From: Christensenella sp. UBA3944
GTDB taxonomy: Bacteria; Bacillota; Clostridia; Christensenellales; DTU072
Assembly (NCBI GenBank): GCA_002385605.1
Contig: DGDU01000033.1
Span: 13,587-77,586 of the forward strand
Reading direction: 5' to 3'
DNA length: 64,000 bases
Part shown: one piece after another, positions 55,501-63,188 of the stretch
How positions within the stretch are numbered: the stretch's first letter is position 1
Layout of the letters: every line of letters begins with the position of its first letter
The notes under the pieces: generated by a model
Told to the model about the DNA's origin: nothing
Seen by the model: only the letters and a program-made list of their open reading frames with translations
The model's database searches: none
Made by a program: the position numbers and the translations under genes

Positions 55501-58500
55501 ATGTGCAGGGCGTTTGTTATAATGATGTTTTTTAAGGAAGAAGGAATATAATATGTGAATTCCTCATCCGCCCCGTATTGGGTGATTTCGGCGAAGCCCG
55601 CCGCGGTCTCTGCGCCGAAGATATACCCTAGCATGGCGTCCGCCCCGCCCGTAGCCTCACGGTTTGCCCCGATATAGGGCAGGCTTATCGTTTCAAGCGA
55701 CAGGCAGCCCCTGAACAGGCCCTGCCCTATATGGGTAAGGGCGTTGGGCAGGTAAACCGTGCGCAGGTTGACGCTGTTTTCGAAGGCGTAATCGCCTATA
55801 TACGCAAGGTTGCTGTTGGGTACGCTAAGCACCACAGATACCAGGTTGGGCATATTCGAGAAGGCGCCCTCGCCTATCGAAATTACGCTGTTCGGGATAT
55901 TCAAATCCTGTATTACGGTAGCCCTGAAAGCGTAATCGCCTATCGTGCGAACCCTGTTAAGGTTAATTAAGGATAGGTTGTTCGCGCCGTCAAAAGCGTA
56001 ATCGCCTATGGCAGTAATCGAGTTGGGAAGCACAATCCTTTCGATTCCCGTATTGCCGGCAAAAGCCCTTTCGCCAATCTCCTCTGCGCCGTCGTTAATG
56101 GCGACTTCCTCAATCGAGGTATTCATGAACGCGCCGTAGGGTATGCGGTCGGCGCTGGTTATCGCCACGCTCGCGAGCGTGCCAGGTATGAAGTAATAAG
56201 CAAAGCCGCTGTCGGAGTAATACTGCTGAACGGCGCCCGCGGAGGGCTCGTCCGAATACCCGAAGATGTATCCGAACACGGCGTCGGGAGTGCCCTCGAC
56301 ATCCCTCGCCGAGCCCACAAAGGGTATAGTAAGCGCCTCGAGGGCGTTAAGCCCGTACAAAGCGTTAGCCTCTATCGTTATAATATTGGCGTTAAGCTTT
56401 ACCTCAACAAGGCTTGCCACATTGTAAAGCGCGCCGTAGCCTATCACGGAAGCGTTGGTTACTTCCAGGTATGCAAGCCCCGAAGGAATTATGTAATGGC
56501 CTTGCTGCCCTTCGGCGTATTGCTGCGTAACTCCGCTTTCATCTTCCGCGGGAGCGAACAGGTAACCGAGGATAGCCTCGGCGCCCTCGGCGTTACGGCT
56601 TTTGCCGATAAAGGGTATAGTGAGGGCTTGAAGGTTTTGGCAGCCCTCTAACGCCTTAGCGCTCATTTCGGTTACGGTGTCGGAGATTACGATTTCCTCA
56701 AGCGAAGCTATATTGGAGAAAGCCCCGTAAGGTATGCGGGTGGCTTTTGTCACATTTACATACTTTAGCCCCGCGGGTATATGGTAATAAGCGAAGCCGC
56801 CTTCGGAATAATCCTGCCTTATCGCGCCCGCCGTTTCGCCGTCGGAGTAATTAAACAAATACCCGAGCACGGCGTCGTCGGTGCCGTTGGCGTAACGGGC
56901 GGAGCCTATGAAGGGTATCGTGAGGGCTTCCAATGCCCCGCACCCCTCAAACATAAGGGCGGACATCCTGGCAAGCTCGGAAGAAATCTTTGCCTCGGTT
57001 AGCGAAACGCAGCCCGCGAAGGCCTTATGCCCTATCGCCTTTACGCCGTCGGACATCGTCACTTTAATAAGGCTTTCGCAGCCCTCGAAGGCCGAAGCGC
57101 CTATCCTCACCAAAGAGGAAGGCAGATACGCCTCGAGGATTGCCTCGCAGCCCATAAACGCCTTAGAGCCTATGGTTGTAAGCCTGTTAAAGGCGCGCAG
57201 GTCAAGACCCTCAATCCTGTTAAACTCGGCAAGGTTTACGCAGCCCTCAAAGGCCGAGTCGCCTATCGAGGTTATCGTTGCGGGAAAGCTCATTGCCCTC
57301 AGGTTCACACAGCCATAGAAAGCCTTTTCGGCTATCGCCGCAATATGGGTTATATCCAAGTTGATAATATCCCTGAGCGCCGCGCTGCCCATAAAGGCGC
57401 CCGCCTCGATGGCTGCGAACTGCTCGGCGGTGAAGGTTACTCTCTCGAGCGCCGAATACGCGAACGCCATCGAAGCTATCGAAGTCACATTCGCGGGTAT
57501 GGAGAAAGCGGTTATCACACTTCCGCCGTCGTTCCTGTTTGCGGGGTATTGGATAAGTTTGGTGCCTTCATAGTTATAAAGGACGCCGTCTACGGACCTG
57601 AAATACATTCCGCCCATAACATCGATGCTCTCGAGGGCGGGGCAGCCTATAAAAGCGCCCGACGCGATTTGCTTTACGCTCGAGGGTATGGTTATTCTCT
57701 TTATGTAAGAATTGCCCGAGAAAGCATACTTGCCTATGGCGGTAACGGGTATTTCGCTGCCGTAATACTGTATGGTGTCAGGGACATTTACTTCATCGAC
57801 AGAAGAGTCGCCGAAATATTTGGTAAGTATAGCCTCGTTATTTTTAATATAAAACCTGAAGTCGCCTACCGCCACGATTTCCATTTCCGCGCCTTCCTTC
57901 CAGTAGATGGCGGGATCGTCCCATCTGTCCTTCCAATCGGCGGGCTTTGCCGCTCCCGTGGCGTAAACCACAATTAAGCCGCTTCCCGCGAAGGCGTTCC
58001 TGTCCACGGAAGTAATGCTTTGGGGCAGGGTTATGGTCTTTATTCCCGTCTTATTTACGAAGGCGCTGCCTATGGACACGACTTCGTCATTGCCGAAGAT
58101 GCTGCCGGGAACGGTGATTTCTTCGCTGCTTCCGGTGTAGGAAGTGATATATACCGAACTGACGCGGTCGTTGTCGTTATACTCGACAAGCACATAAGCG
58201 TATTTTATATTTTCTTCCGTATTCTCATACTCGTCGGTATACGCCTCATAATTTACCGTAAGGAGGGGGCAATTATGGAAGGCGAGGGCGCCGATGTAAG
58301 TAAGCGACGCGGGCAGCTCTATGCTGCTAAGGGCTTTGCAGCCGTTGAAAGCCTCATTGGCAATGCTGATAAGCGTGCGGGGCAGGCTTACATTCATCAA
58401 GGAAGCGCAGCCCATAAACGCCTTTTCGCCGACATATACGGTGTTCTCGAGAGTTATCTGCCTTATTTCGCCGCAACCCGAGAACGCCCCATATGGGATC

Positions 58501-60944
58501 GAGCGGCTGTCCGTGATGATAACGCTCTTAAGCGACACGGGCAGATAATATCTTATGTAATTGATGTCGTCGTACCACTGATACGCCGCCGAGCTACCCG
58601 TGAAATAGCTGTTGCCGAAGATATACCCGAAAACGCTTTCGGAAGACCCCGCTTCCCCTCTCGCGCTTCCCACGAAGGGTATGGTGAGCTCTTCTAGCAG
58701 GACACAGCGGTCGAAAGCGTTGCTGCCTATCCATGTTACGCTGTCGGGTATAATCATCTCGGTAACGGATGTGCCCGCGAACACATAGCAGCCGATGGAT
58801 TTTAAGGTATCGGAAAGCGTGATTTCTATTAGCGAGGTGCAGTCATAAAATGCGTAGTTTCCTAAAGTTTCGACACTGCCCGGCACTGTGAAATTGTTAA
58901 ATGTTTTGCCCTGCGGGTATTGGATGAGGCTCTTTGCGTCCGAGCTGTATAACACGCCGCCGTTTGACATGTAAACACTGTTGCCCGGGGCTACAAGAAT
59001 CTCCTCTAGCGACACGCAGCCGCGGAAGGGCCCGTTTCCGATGTTGCTTACGCCCGCGGGAATGGTAAAGCTGGTAAGAGAAACACAGCCGTTAAAGGTT
59101 TCGGCGTCTATGTTCTTTATCGAGGCGGGAAGGTTAACCGTCATTAGCGCGGTGCAGTTTTTGAAGGATTCGGTGCCAAGGCGGCTCACGCCGTTATGCA
59201 GGGTAACCATCGTTATGTAGGAATTGCCGCGGAAGGCGTCGTTGGAAATAGCCGTCACGGCTACGCCCTTATAGGTAGAGGGCACAAAGACTTCCGCCTC
59301 CAGCCCGCTGTAGCCCGTAACGATGTAAGTGCCGTCGCCCGCCAGCGTAAACTTAAGCCCCTGGGTTTGCTTTTCTTTCCACGAAGCTATAACGGCCATA
59401 TCCTGTGTGTATTCCCACTTGGCGGGGGCAAAAGCCTGCCCGTTAAGTGTCCAGCCGGCGAAGTCGTAGGCGAACCTCTCGCCCTTAACCTCGGTAAGCC
59501 TGTAAATAAAGTTTTCGTCGTATCTTACCTCTATGTACTTGCCGTTTTCGTCCGAAAGCGTGGCGCCGCTAACCGTCGCGCCCTCTTCCAAAGCGGTAAA
59601 GTACAGCTTGTATACATTGGGCCTCAGCGAGCCGAACACCTCGAGGTCGGTCGCGGGCATCTTTTCGGGAAGCTCTCTCCAGCCCGTAAAGGTGTAGCCC
59701 GTCCTCTGCGGGTCTTCTATGGCCTCGACATCGTCATTCGCCCTGTAGGTTTTTATCAGGTATACTTCGCCGTCAAGATAATAAATTAGCGAGAATGTAT
59801 ATGTGAAATACCCGCTTACTATAATATCCCTCGCGGGCATCGTGGCGGGAATCTCGCCGCCTTCATAAGCCCAGCCCGAGAACATGGCGTTGGGCTGGGT
59901 GGGGTAATCTATGAGGACTATTGGCTCGCCGCAAAGCACGTCCTGCGTCCAGTAATGGCTGTCGCCAACGAGATATCTTATGTAGAAAGTCTGCGGGGAG
60001 AATGTGCCGTAAATATCAAGGTCGTAAGCGGGCATGGTAAGAGGCACGGGGGCGCCGCCCTCGACAGACCAGCCCATAAAGTTAAAGCCGTCCTTCCTGG
60101 GGTCGGAGGGCTTGAAGGTGATGGATTGGTTATATTCGTATTCTATCTCGAGGGGCTTGCCGTCCACTATGTAGGGAACGCCCTCGATGAAGTACCTGAC
60201 TTTATATTTGTTAACCTGCCATTTTGCAAAAACTATAAGGTTTCCCGTTGTGCCCTTTTCTATCCTGGTAACCTCGGTGTCGTTCTCGTCAAACCACCCG
60301 AGGAAGGTGTAGCCTTGCCTCTGGGCGGGGCTGAGGGTTATGGTCGAAGTTTCTATTGTGTATTTTGCGGGGTTTGCCTGGGGATTGGTGCCGTCCTCGA
60401 TGTTGTTGTATGTAATCGAATAATCAATAAGACTCCATTTGGCGCGAAGGGTTATGTTTCTTGTGGGCTTATAGGGAGATGTAACAGGGTTTTTATCGTT
60501 TACATTTTCAAACCAGCCCAAGAACCTGTAGCCCGTTTTTGTCGGCCTGGGAAGGTCGTCTATTTCCTCTACGCCCTCCTGCCTGGCGACCGCCGAGCCG
60601 CCGTCCGAGTCAAACTCGACATCATACTTTGGTTTTTCAACCGGGGGCGTAACCTTTTCTTTCCATTTGGCGTAAACCGTAACATTGCCGCCGTAGCGAA
60701 GCAACTCATCTTTGGTTACATGCTTGGAATAAATATCCTTGTCGAAGAACCAGCCCTCAAAGGTATAACCTTCCCTCACGGGGTCGGCGGGCAAATCGAA
60801 GTCTTCGCCGTTAAGCTCGATAGGCGGGATTTCGTTACCTCCCTGCGTATCGAAGGTTACGGTGTAAGTTTGGGGCTTGTCGTTACAGGCCGCTATACCG
60901 ACTATAAGACAAAGAGCCAAAAGAGCCAAAAGGACTTTTTTCAT
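49578..60944 (-). CDS. giant (3788 aa) surface lipoprotein with N-terminal Listeria-Bacteroides (Flg_new) repeats followed by BspA-type leucine-rich repeats
   Basis: Signal peptide with lipobox LIVGIAAC (Cys20). About 7 repeats with GYTFxGW...AKW (aa 26-525). Then roughly 3200 aa of IPxSVxxIGxxAFxxCxxLxxI units. SD GGAGG 7 nt before the ATG. Confidence 0.9.
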   Translation of the reverse strand: MKKVLLALLALCLIVGIAACNDKPQTYTVTFDTQGGNEIPPIELNGEDFDLPADPVREGYTFEGWFFDKDIYSKHVTKDELLRYGGNVTVYAKWKEKVTPPVEKPKYDVEFDSDGGSAVARQEGVEEIDDLPRPTKTGYRFLGWFENVNDKNPVTSPYKPTRNITLRAKWSLIDYSITYNNIEDGTNPQANPAKYTIETSTITLSPAQRQGYTFLGWFDENDTEVTRIEKGTTGNLIVFAKWQVNKYKVRYFIEGVPYIVDGKPLEIEYEYNQSITFKPSDPRKDGFNFMGWSVEGGAPVPLTMPAYDLDIYGTFSPQTFYIRYLVGDSHYWTQDVLCGEPIVLIDYPTQPNAMFSGWAYEGGEIPATMPARDIIVSGYFTYTFSLIYYLDGEVYLIKTYRANDDVEAIEDPQRTGYTFTGWRELPEKMPATDLEVFGSLRPNVYKLYFTALEEGATVSGATLSDENGKYIEVRYDENFIYRLTEVKGERFAYDFAGWTLNGQAFAPAKWEYTQDMAVIASWKEKQTQGLKFTLAGDGTYIVTGYSGLEAEVFVPSTYKGVAVTAISNDAFRGNSYITMVTLHNGVSRLGTESFKNCTALMTVNLPASIKNIDAETFNGCVSLTSFTIPAGVSNIGNGPFRGCVSLEEILVAPGNSVYMSNGGVLYSSDAKSLIQYPQGKTFNNFTVPGSVETLGNYAFYDCTSLIEITLSDTLKSIGCYVFAGTSVTEMIIPDSVTWIGSNAFDRCVLLEELTIPFVGSARGEAGSSESVFGYIFGNSYFTGSSAAYQWYDDINYIRYYLPVSLKSVIITDSRSIPYGAFSGCGEIRQITLENTVYVGEKAFMGCASLMNVSLPRTLISIANEAFNGCKALSSIELPASLTYIGALAFHNCPLLTVNYEAYTDEYENTEENIKYAYVLVEYNDNDRVSSVYITSYTGSSEEITVPGSIFGNDEVVSIGSAFVNKTGIKTITLPQSITSVDRNAFAGSGLIVVYATGAAKPADWKDRWDDPAIYWKEGAEMEIVAVGDFRFYIKNNEAILTKYFGDSSVDEVNVPDTIQYYGSEIPVTAIGKYAFSGNSYIKRITIPSSVKQIASGAFIGCPALESIDVMGGMYFRSVDGVLYNYEGTKLIQYPANRNDGGSVITAFSIPANVTSIASMAFAYSALERVTFTAEQFAAIEAGAFMGSAALRDIINLDITHIAAIAEKAFYGCVNLRAMSFPATITSIGDSAFEGCVNLAEFNRIEGLDLRAFNRLTTIGSKAFMGCEAILEAYLPSSLVRIGASAFEGCESLIKVTMSDGVKAIGHKAFAGCVSLTEAKISSELARMSALMFEGCGALEALTIPFIGSARYANGTDDAVLGYLFNYSDGETAGAIRQDYSEGGFAYYHIPAGLKYVNVTKATRIPYGAFSNIASLEEIVISDTVTEMSAKALEGCQNLQALTIPFIGKSRNAEGAEAILGYLFAPAEDESGVTQQYAEGQQGHYIIPSGLAYLEVTNASVIGYGALYNVASLVEVKLNANIITIEANALYGLNALEALTIPFVGSARDVEGTPDAVFGYIFGYSDEPSAGAVQQYYSDSGFAYYFIPGTLASVAITSADRIPYGAFMNTSIEEVAINDGAEEIGERAFAGNTGIERIVLPNSITAIGDYAFDGANNLSLINLNRVRTIGDYAFRATVIQDLNIPNSVISIGEGAFSNMPNLVSVVLSVPNSNLAYIGDYAFENSVNLRTVYLPNALTHIGQGLFRGCLSLETISLPYIGANREATGGADAMLGYIFGAETAAGFAEITQYGADEEFTYYIPSSLKNIIITNALHIGEGALSGIPALNVTLNENLASINKKAFYMAQIAAVNIPASVVTIDESAFEGSALQTITFEVIGSRLAYINAKAFFGTAITSVSVPAGVLAIGDYAFANNLSLASVTFAVAAQLVNIGDSAFRGNTAITAITFPASLRYIGDYAFEGCENLAGITFAAGSALETLGDYAFAHTKVSTVALPASALEIGDYAFAHTLLSSISFGTNSALARVGSYAFAHSNLATFAIPSGVTYMGVNPFYETPVSGLNLSGYRSGYKVVSGVLFSKDGSVLISYPKSLNAASYTVPDGVVRIDAYAFASNTYLQTVSLPSGLLSIGFAAFKDCANLDTVSFRGGPSLLVIEYEAFYNCANLRIFDIPSTLTRIEEKAFAETDRLIALNLEGCEELTYIGDYAFENSGIAFARLPASLIEMGEGAFKGAYNLASVNLADTALGYIAKEAFAGANSLTGAVLPASVRTIGEAAFMDCVSLVQVSLNQTLSSIGDKAFYNTAIATIALPRSLESMGDLAFGNNASLKNITVPFVGKSPSDSDPALDEVFGGSAAIENITIANDTLEIAITNKTFRGITALRSLTLGAGIVSIEEGSLRGNLIIESLDLPFAGTSADAVGANAVLGSIFGFGEATDAGVTEQFISETESVYAFIPATLKTVIVNRAGGYGAFSNIASLQNLTVRDGGALGKNLIVGCTGLVSLELPFAGAGADAEGAESSLMYLTGEPLTNLNNIKLTSVTKLTTSAFPAGFNLKSIEISGDIASIPEGVFANCKALESVVLPFVGESASASGREGLLGYLFGFTDQSASGAVRQYFEAGNYFYSEIPASLVSVTVTGDSVVSDGAFSGMANLRTFRALGKVSIGDRAFIECPSLQLIDIGGNARILSIGDYAFYGAAFETITISADVGTIGAYAFANCHNLISVNFESGSRLISVGEGAFSGCDVLRQITLPDGVREIGYEAFKDCASLEEAVIPQTVLTMGEAAFEGCVNLVSLTLPFVGKDKDKNVPTTDEHKLGYLFGHAADNANVPIALKTLTVTAAAFLASDAIRDTRITALYLNEGITQIGAYAAYNTALENITIPASVLAIEGHAFENSALRSVVFASGSKLSTINEAAFKGCASLADIVIPDSVTFIGSAVFNGCPLSQRFSVPFIGSARDATGANAVLGYFFGRAESGGISQKYAQQTSPISFEIPTTLKNVTVTSATAINYGAFSGCHFITSISINSGVATIGALAFEGCVSLETLTVPFVGERTNSVDARATMRHVFGTESESGISSVQTLVITSAVTIAENALLGMTGLVNLTLNNVTSIHRGAFSGCLNLENLTVPYIGARSVADGQEALLGYWFEQVAAGASGAVGQHYGDGAGQIAYARIPQNIRNITVTNASGIGYGALSGLSNLTTLTINKEVTSVGKSAFKDSGIQTLTVPFVGASRSATGEAATINYVFGGAPSNLTVVNITDAARIRTNSFSYNTRITTITLPAGLVAIESGAFSGLTALRSITIPASVTSIGANAFEGCAQLNEIIFAAGSQLQVIGAAAFKNTALTQIAIPAGVESIGIGIFEGVTGLERLTVPFIGASPSAAGQNALLGYFFNFVSQGMNTTAQVYGEGTTVYTRLPNNLYSVTVTNATNIASGAFYNCDEITELYLNSGIVSIGASAFANCKGLTSIVIPDSVTSIASGAFAGCSALESVTLPFVGSNRSASGAAALFGYIFGEATEGTIGATTQYFSTSGSRTFYIPEALRSIAITSASAIGYGAFYNLTAVTSITINEGITEIPAKAFYNCRSITSLTIPYSVNIIEGGSLEGTNSLVSLSIPFAGRSLSATGAQSQFGYIFGTAGEYAANVVKQHIMAGGTLTETLYNIPFTLRYVTLTKATEIKEYSFAGCMGIATVTLSRRITAIGKYAFADASSLSMLYGDFSELARIEEGAFLDCRSFLGLDLSEAPVNIVIGERAFAGCASLNYVNLPRGASNIGKDAFADSGIAE

Positions 60945-61017
60945 CTAACTACCTCCGGCAGCACACACTCGGGTCTTAGGCATATTTATAAAAATAATAT
61001 ATAAATATACATAATAC

Positions 61018-61046
61018 ATTCTACAATCATAAGCATATTATGTCAA
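61018..61046 (-). promoter_or_regulatory. candidate sigma-A promoter of the giant lipoprotein gene
   Basis: Minus strand TTGACA (61046-61041), 17 nt, TAGAAT (61023-61018). AT-rich 5' UTR of roughly 65 nt. Confidence 0.6.
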
Positions 61047-61127
61047 TAGCAAACAGAGCGAATCGCGTCCTGATTGAAGGGCAAAATGAACGGGCAAAAA
61101 CGGATTTATTAATTATTGACAAAAAAA

Positions 61128-61160
61128 TAACCGCGGTAAAAATCAATCTCCCGCGGCAAA
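61128..61160 (-). terminator. weak hairpin plus T-run after rnc
   Basis: Minus strand CCGCGG, 14-nt loop, CCGCGG, then TTATTTTTTT. Confidence 0.4.
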
Positions 61161-61175
61161 TATGTTTTTTATGTT

Positions 61176-61850
61176 TTATTCGTCCTGGAGGCCGCTGAAA
61201 TATCCCTCGGCGGCGTCCTGCTCGGCCCTCTTTTTGGACGAGCCCGCCCCGCGGCAGACGACATTTCCGTCTATCGAAACAACGGATACAAACCCGCCTT
61301 CGGGCGCAGGCTTTGTGTCGAATTCCAGCTTTTTGCCGCACCTTGCGCAGGTTTCGTACAGCAAGGATTTATAATCGCCGTTTTTTGCCGCGTACTCGCT
61401 GTGTATGAAGTCGGCAAGCGACTCGAGCACAAACTTTTTGCAGGCGTCAATGCCCCCGCCGTCCACCATAATGGCGCCGGTTATCGCCTCAAAGAGGTCG
61501 GCTTTTACGGCCTGGCTCTTTCTCACTTCGTCCTGTATCGTCCCGCCCGAGGTCTTAAGATATTTTATGAGGTCCAGTCTGTCGATGGCGGCGCTAAGCG
61601 TCCTTGTCGATACAAGGTTAGCCCTCATTTTTGTGAGGTAGCCCTCGGATTCTGTCCTGTACGCGTCAAAGAGATATTCGGCGACAATAAAATTAATAAT
61701 GCTGTCGCCCAGAAATTCCAGCCTTTCGTAGGATTGCACGCCCTGCTCGTTGGCGTAAGAGCTGTGCGTGAAGGCCGTAAACAGCAATTCCCAGTCCTTG
61801 AAGAAATAGCCTATTTTCTTTTGTACTTCGACGATATCGAAGTTTCTCAT
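61176..61850 (-). CDS. rnc: ribonuclease III
   Basis: ERLEFLGDS signature plus C-terminal dsRBD. Confidence 0.96.
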   Translation of the reverse strand: MRNFDIVEVQKKIGYFFKDWELLFTAFTHSSYANEQGVQSYERLEFLGDSIINFIVAEYLFDAYRTESEGYLTKMRANLVSTRTLSAAIDRLDLIKYLKTSGGTIQDEVRKSQAVKADLFEAITGAIMVDGGGIDACKKFVLESLADFIHSEYAAKNGDYKSLLYETCARCGKKLEFDTKPAPEGGFVSVVSIDGNVVCRGAGSSKKRAEQDAAEGYFSGLQDE

Positions 61851-62857
61851 TGCTCCTTAGGTGTCAGATATGCCGCGATTTCGCCCGTTACGCCCTTTTC
61901 GGCAAGCTCTTTAGCCTGCAGCACCGAGGCCGCAACAGATTTCGCTTTAGAGCTCCCGTGGGACTTTACCACTATCTTGTTAAGGCCCAACAACACGGCG
62001 CCGCCGTTGTCGTTGTAGTCCATAGTTTTCTTTATGTTTTTGAATACGGGCTTAAGCAAAAGGTATCCAATCTTTGCCCTTATTCCACCGCCCATAATGC
62101 CGTTTTTGATAAGCGTAAACATCGAAAGCGCCGTGCCCTCGCAGGCCTTAAGCGCGATGTTGCCCGAAAACCCGTCGGCGACTATTACATCGTAGCCGCC
62201 CGAGAGTATCTCTCTGGCCTCTATGTTCCCCGCGAAATTGAGCGCGGTGTCCCCTTTAAGCAAGGGGAAAACTTCCTTGTTTAGCTCGCTGCCCTTTGTA
62301 TCCTCTGTACCGTTGGAAAGAAGCCCGATCCTGGGGTTTTTGATACCCAAAACGGCCTTTGCGTACGCCGCGCCCATATAGGCGAACTGGTGCAGGTAAA
62401 CGGGCTTGCACTCGGAGTTTGCGCCGCAGTCAATAAGGATTACATTGCCGCCCTTTACCGTGGGGAGAATGGGCGCTAAGGCGGGGCGCACAATGCCTTG
62501 TATCCTTCTCACGAGAAGCGCGGCGGCGGTCAGTACCGCGCCCGTGCTTCCAGCCGACACAAAAGCGGCGGCCTCGCCGTCCTGCTCCAGCTTTCTGAGG
62601 CCCATAACAATGGAGGAATTTTTCTTCTTGCGCACGGCTTCGGTGGGCTGGTCTTCGTTGGTGATAATCTCGGGAGCGTCCAGAATCTCAACCCTGTTCG
62701 GGTCGTATCGGAGCCCCTCGAGCTCTTTTCTTATCGCGCCCTCCGCGCCCGCCAGGACAAGGCAAAAGCCCTCCGCCATTTTGAGGGCCTCTATCCCGCC
62801 TTTTATAATTTCGGACGGGGCGTTGTCGCCGCCGAAAGCGTCAAGGATTATTTTCAT
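61847..62857 (-). CDS. plsX: phosphate acyltransferase PlsX
   Basis: Full-length PlsX-like sequence (DAFGGDNAP..., VKSHGSS). Confidence 0.96.
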   Translation of the reverse strand: MKIILDAFGGDNAPSEIIKGGIEALKMAEGFCLVLAGAEGAIRKELEGLRYDPNRVEILDAPEIITNEDQPTEAVRKKKNSSIVMGLRKLEQDGEAAAFVSAGSTGAVLTAAALLVRRIQGIVRPALAPILPTVKGGNVILIDCGANSECKPVYLHQFAYMGAAYAKAVLGIKNPRIGLLSNGTEDTKGSELNKEVFPLLKGDTALNFAGNIEAREILSGGYDVIVADGFSGNIALKACEGTALSMFTLIKNGIMGGGIRAKIGYLLLKPVFKNIKKTMDYNDNGGAVLLGLNKIVVKSHGSSKAKSVAASVLQAKELAEKGVTGEIAAYLTPKEQ

Positions 62858-62905
62858 AAGTCCTCCTTATAAAAATAACGGGAGGTGGCGTGCCTCCCTT
62901 GTGCG

Positions 62906-63097
62906 TTATTTTTCCTCTTTGACTTTCTTGGTTACGACCTGTACGCCTTTATAATATCCGCATGCGGGACAGACTTCGTGACTGTTGATAAGTTCGTGGC
63001 ACTGCGGGCATTCTACCAGATTGGGTGCTGTAATTTTCCAGTTCGCGAATCTGGAGTTGGTCTTAGCCTTAGATACTTTTCTTTTTGGTACAGCCAT
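62906..63097 (-). CDS. rpmF: 50S ribosomal protein L32
   Basis: MAVPKRKVSKAK and the CPQC...CPAC zinc ribbon. ATG 63097 lies 8 nt after GGAGG. Confidence 0.95.
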   Translation of the reverse strand: MAVPKRKVSKAKTNSRFANWKITAPNLVECPQCHELINSHEVCPACGYYKGVQVVTKKVKEEK

Positions 63098-63128
63098 GTT
63101 GCGCACCTCCTCGATGTTTAGCTAGATA

Positions 63129-63157
63129 ATTATATCCAATAAGCGCGTTTATGTCAA
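63129..63157 (-). promoter_or_regulatory. consensus sigma-A promoter of rpmF-plsX-rnc
   Basis: Minus strand TTGACA, 17 nt, TATAAT (exact consensus). Confidence 0.7.
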
Positions 63158-63188
63158 ACTTTTTTGCGCCGATATCCTAAATTATGGC

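Noticed and set aside
60985-61030. An AT-rich stretch upstream of the giant gene containing TTATGTAT, considered as a dif/Xer site because xerC is missing from the hslVU cluster.
   Set aside because: Only half-site-like similarity. The spacing between the TAGAA and TTATGT elements is 4 nt rather than the 6-nt central region. The sequence is better explained as the -10 region and leader of the giant gene's promoter.
49578-61175. The giant LRR gene as part of a mobile element or genomic island.
   Set aside because: No integrase, transposase, tRNA target or flanking direct/inverted repeats are visible. Composition looks similar to flanking genes by eye. Only the broken rnc-smc synteny suggests insertion.
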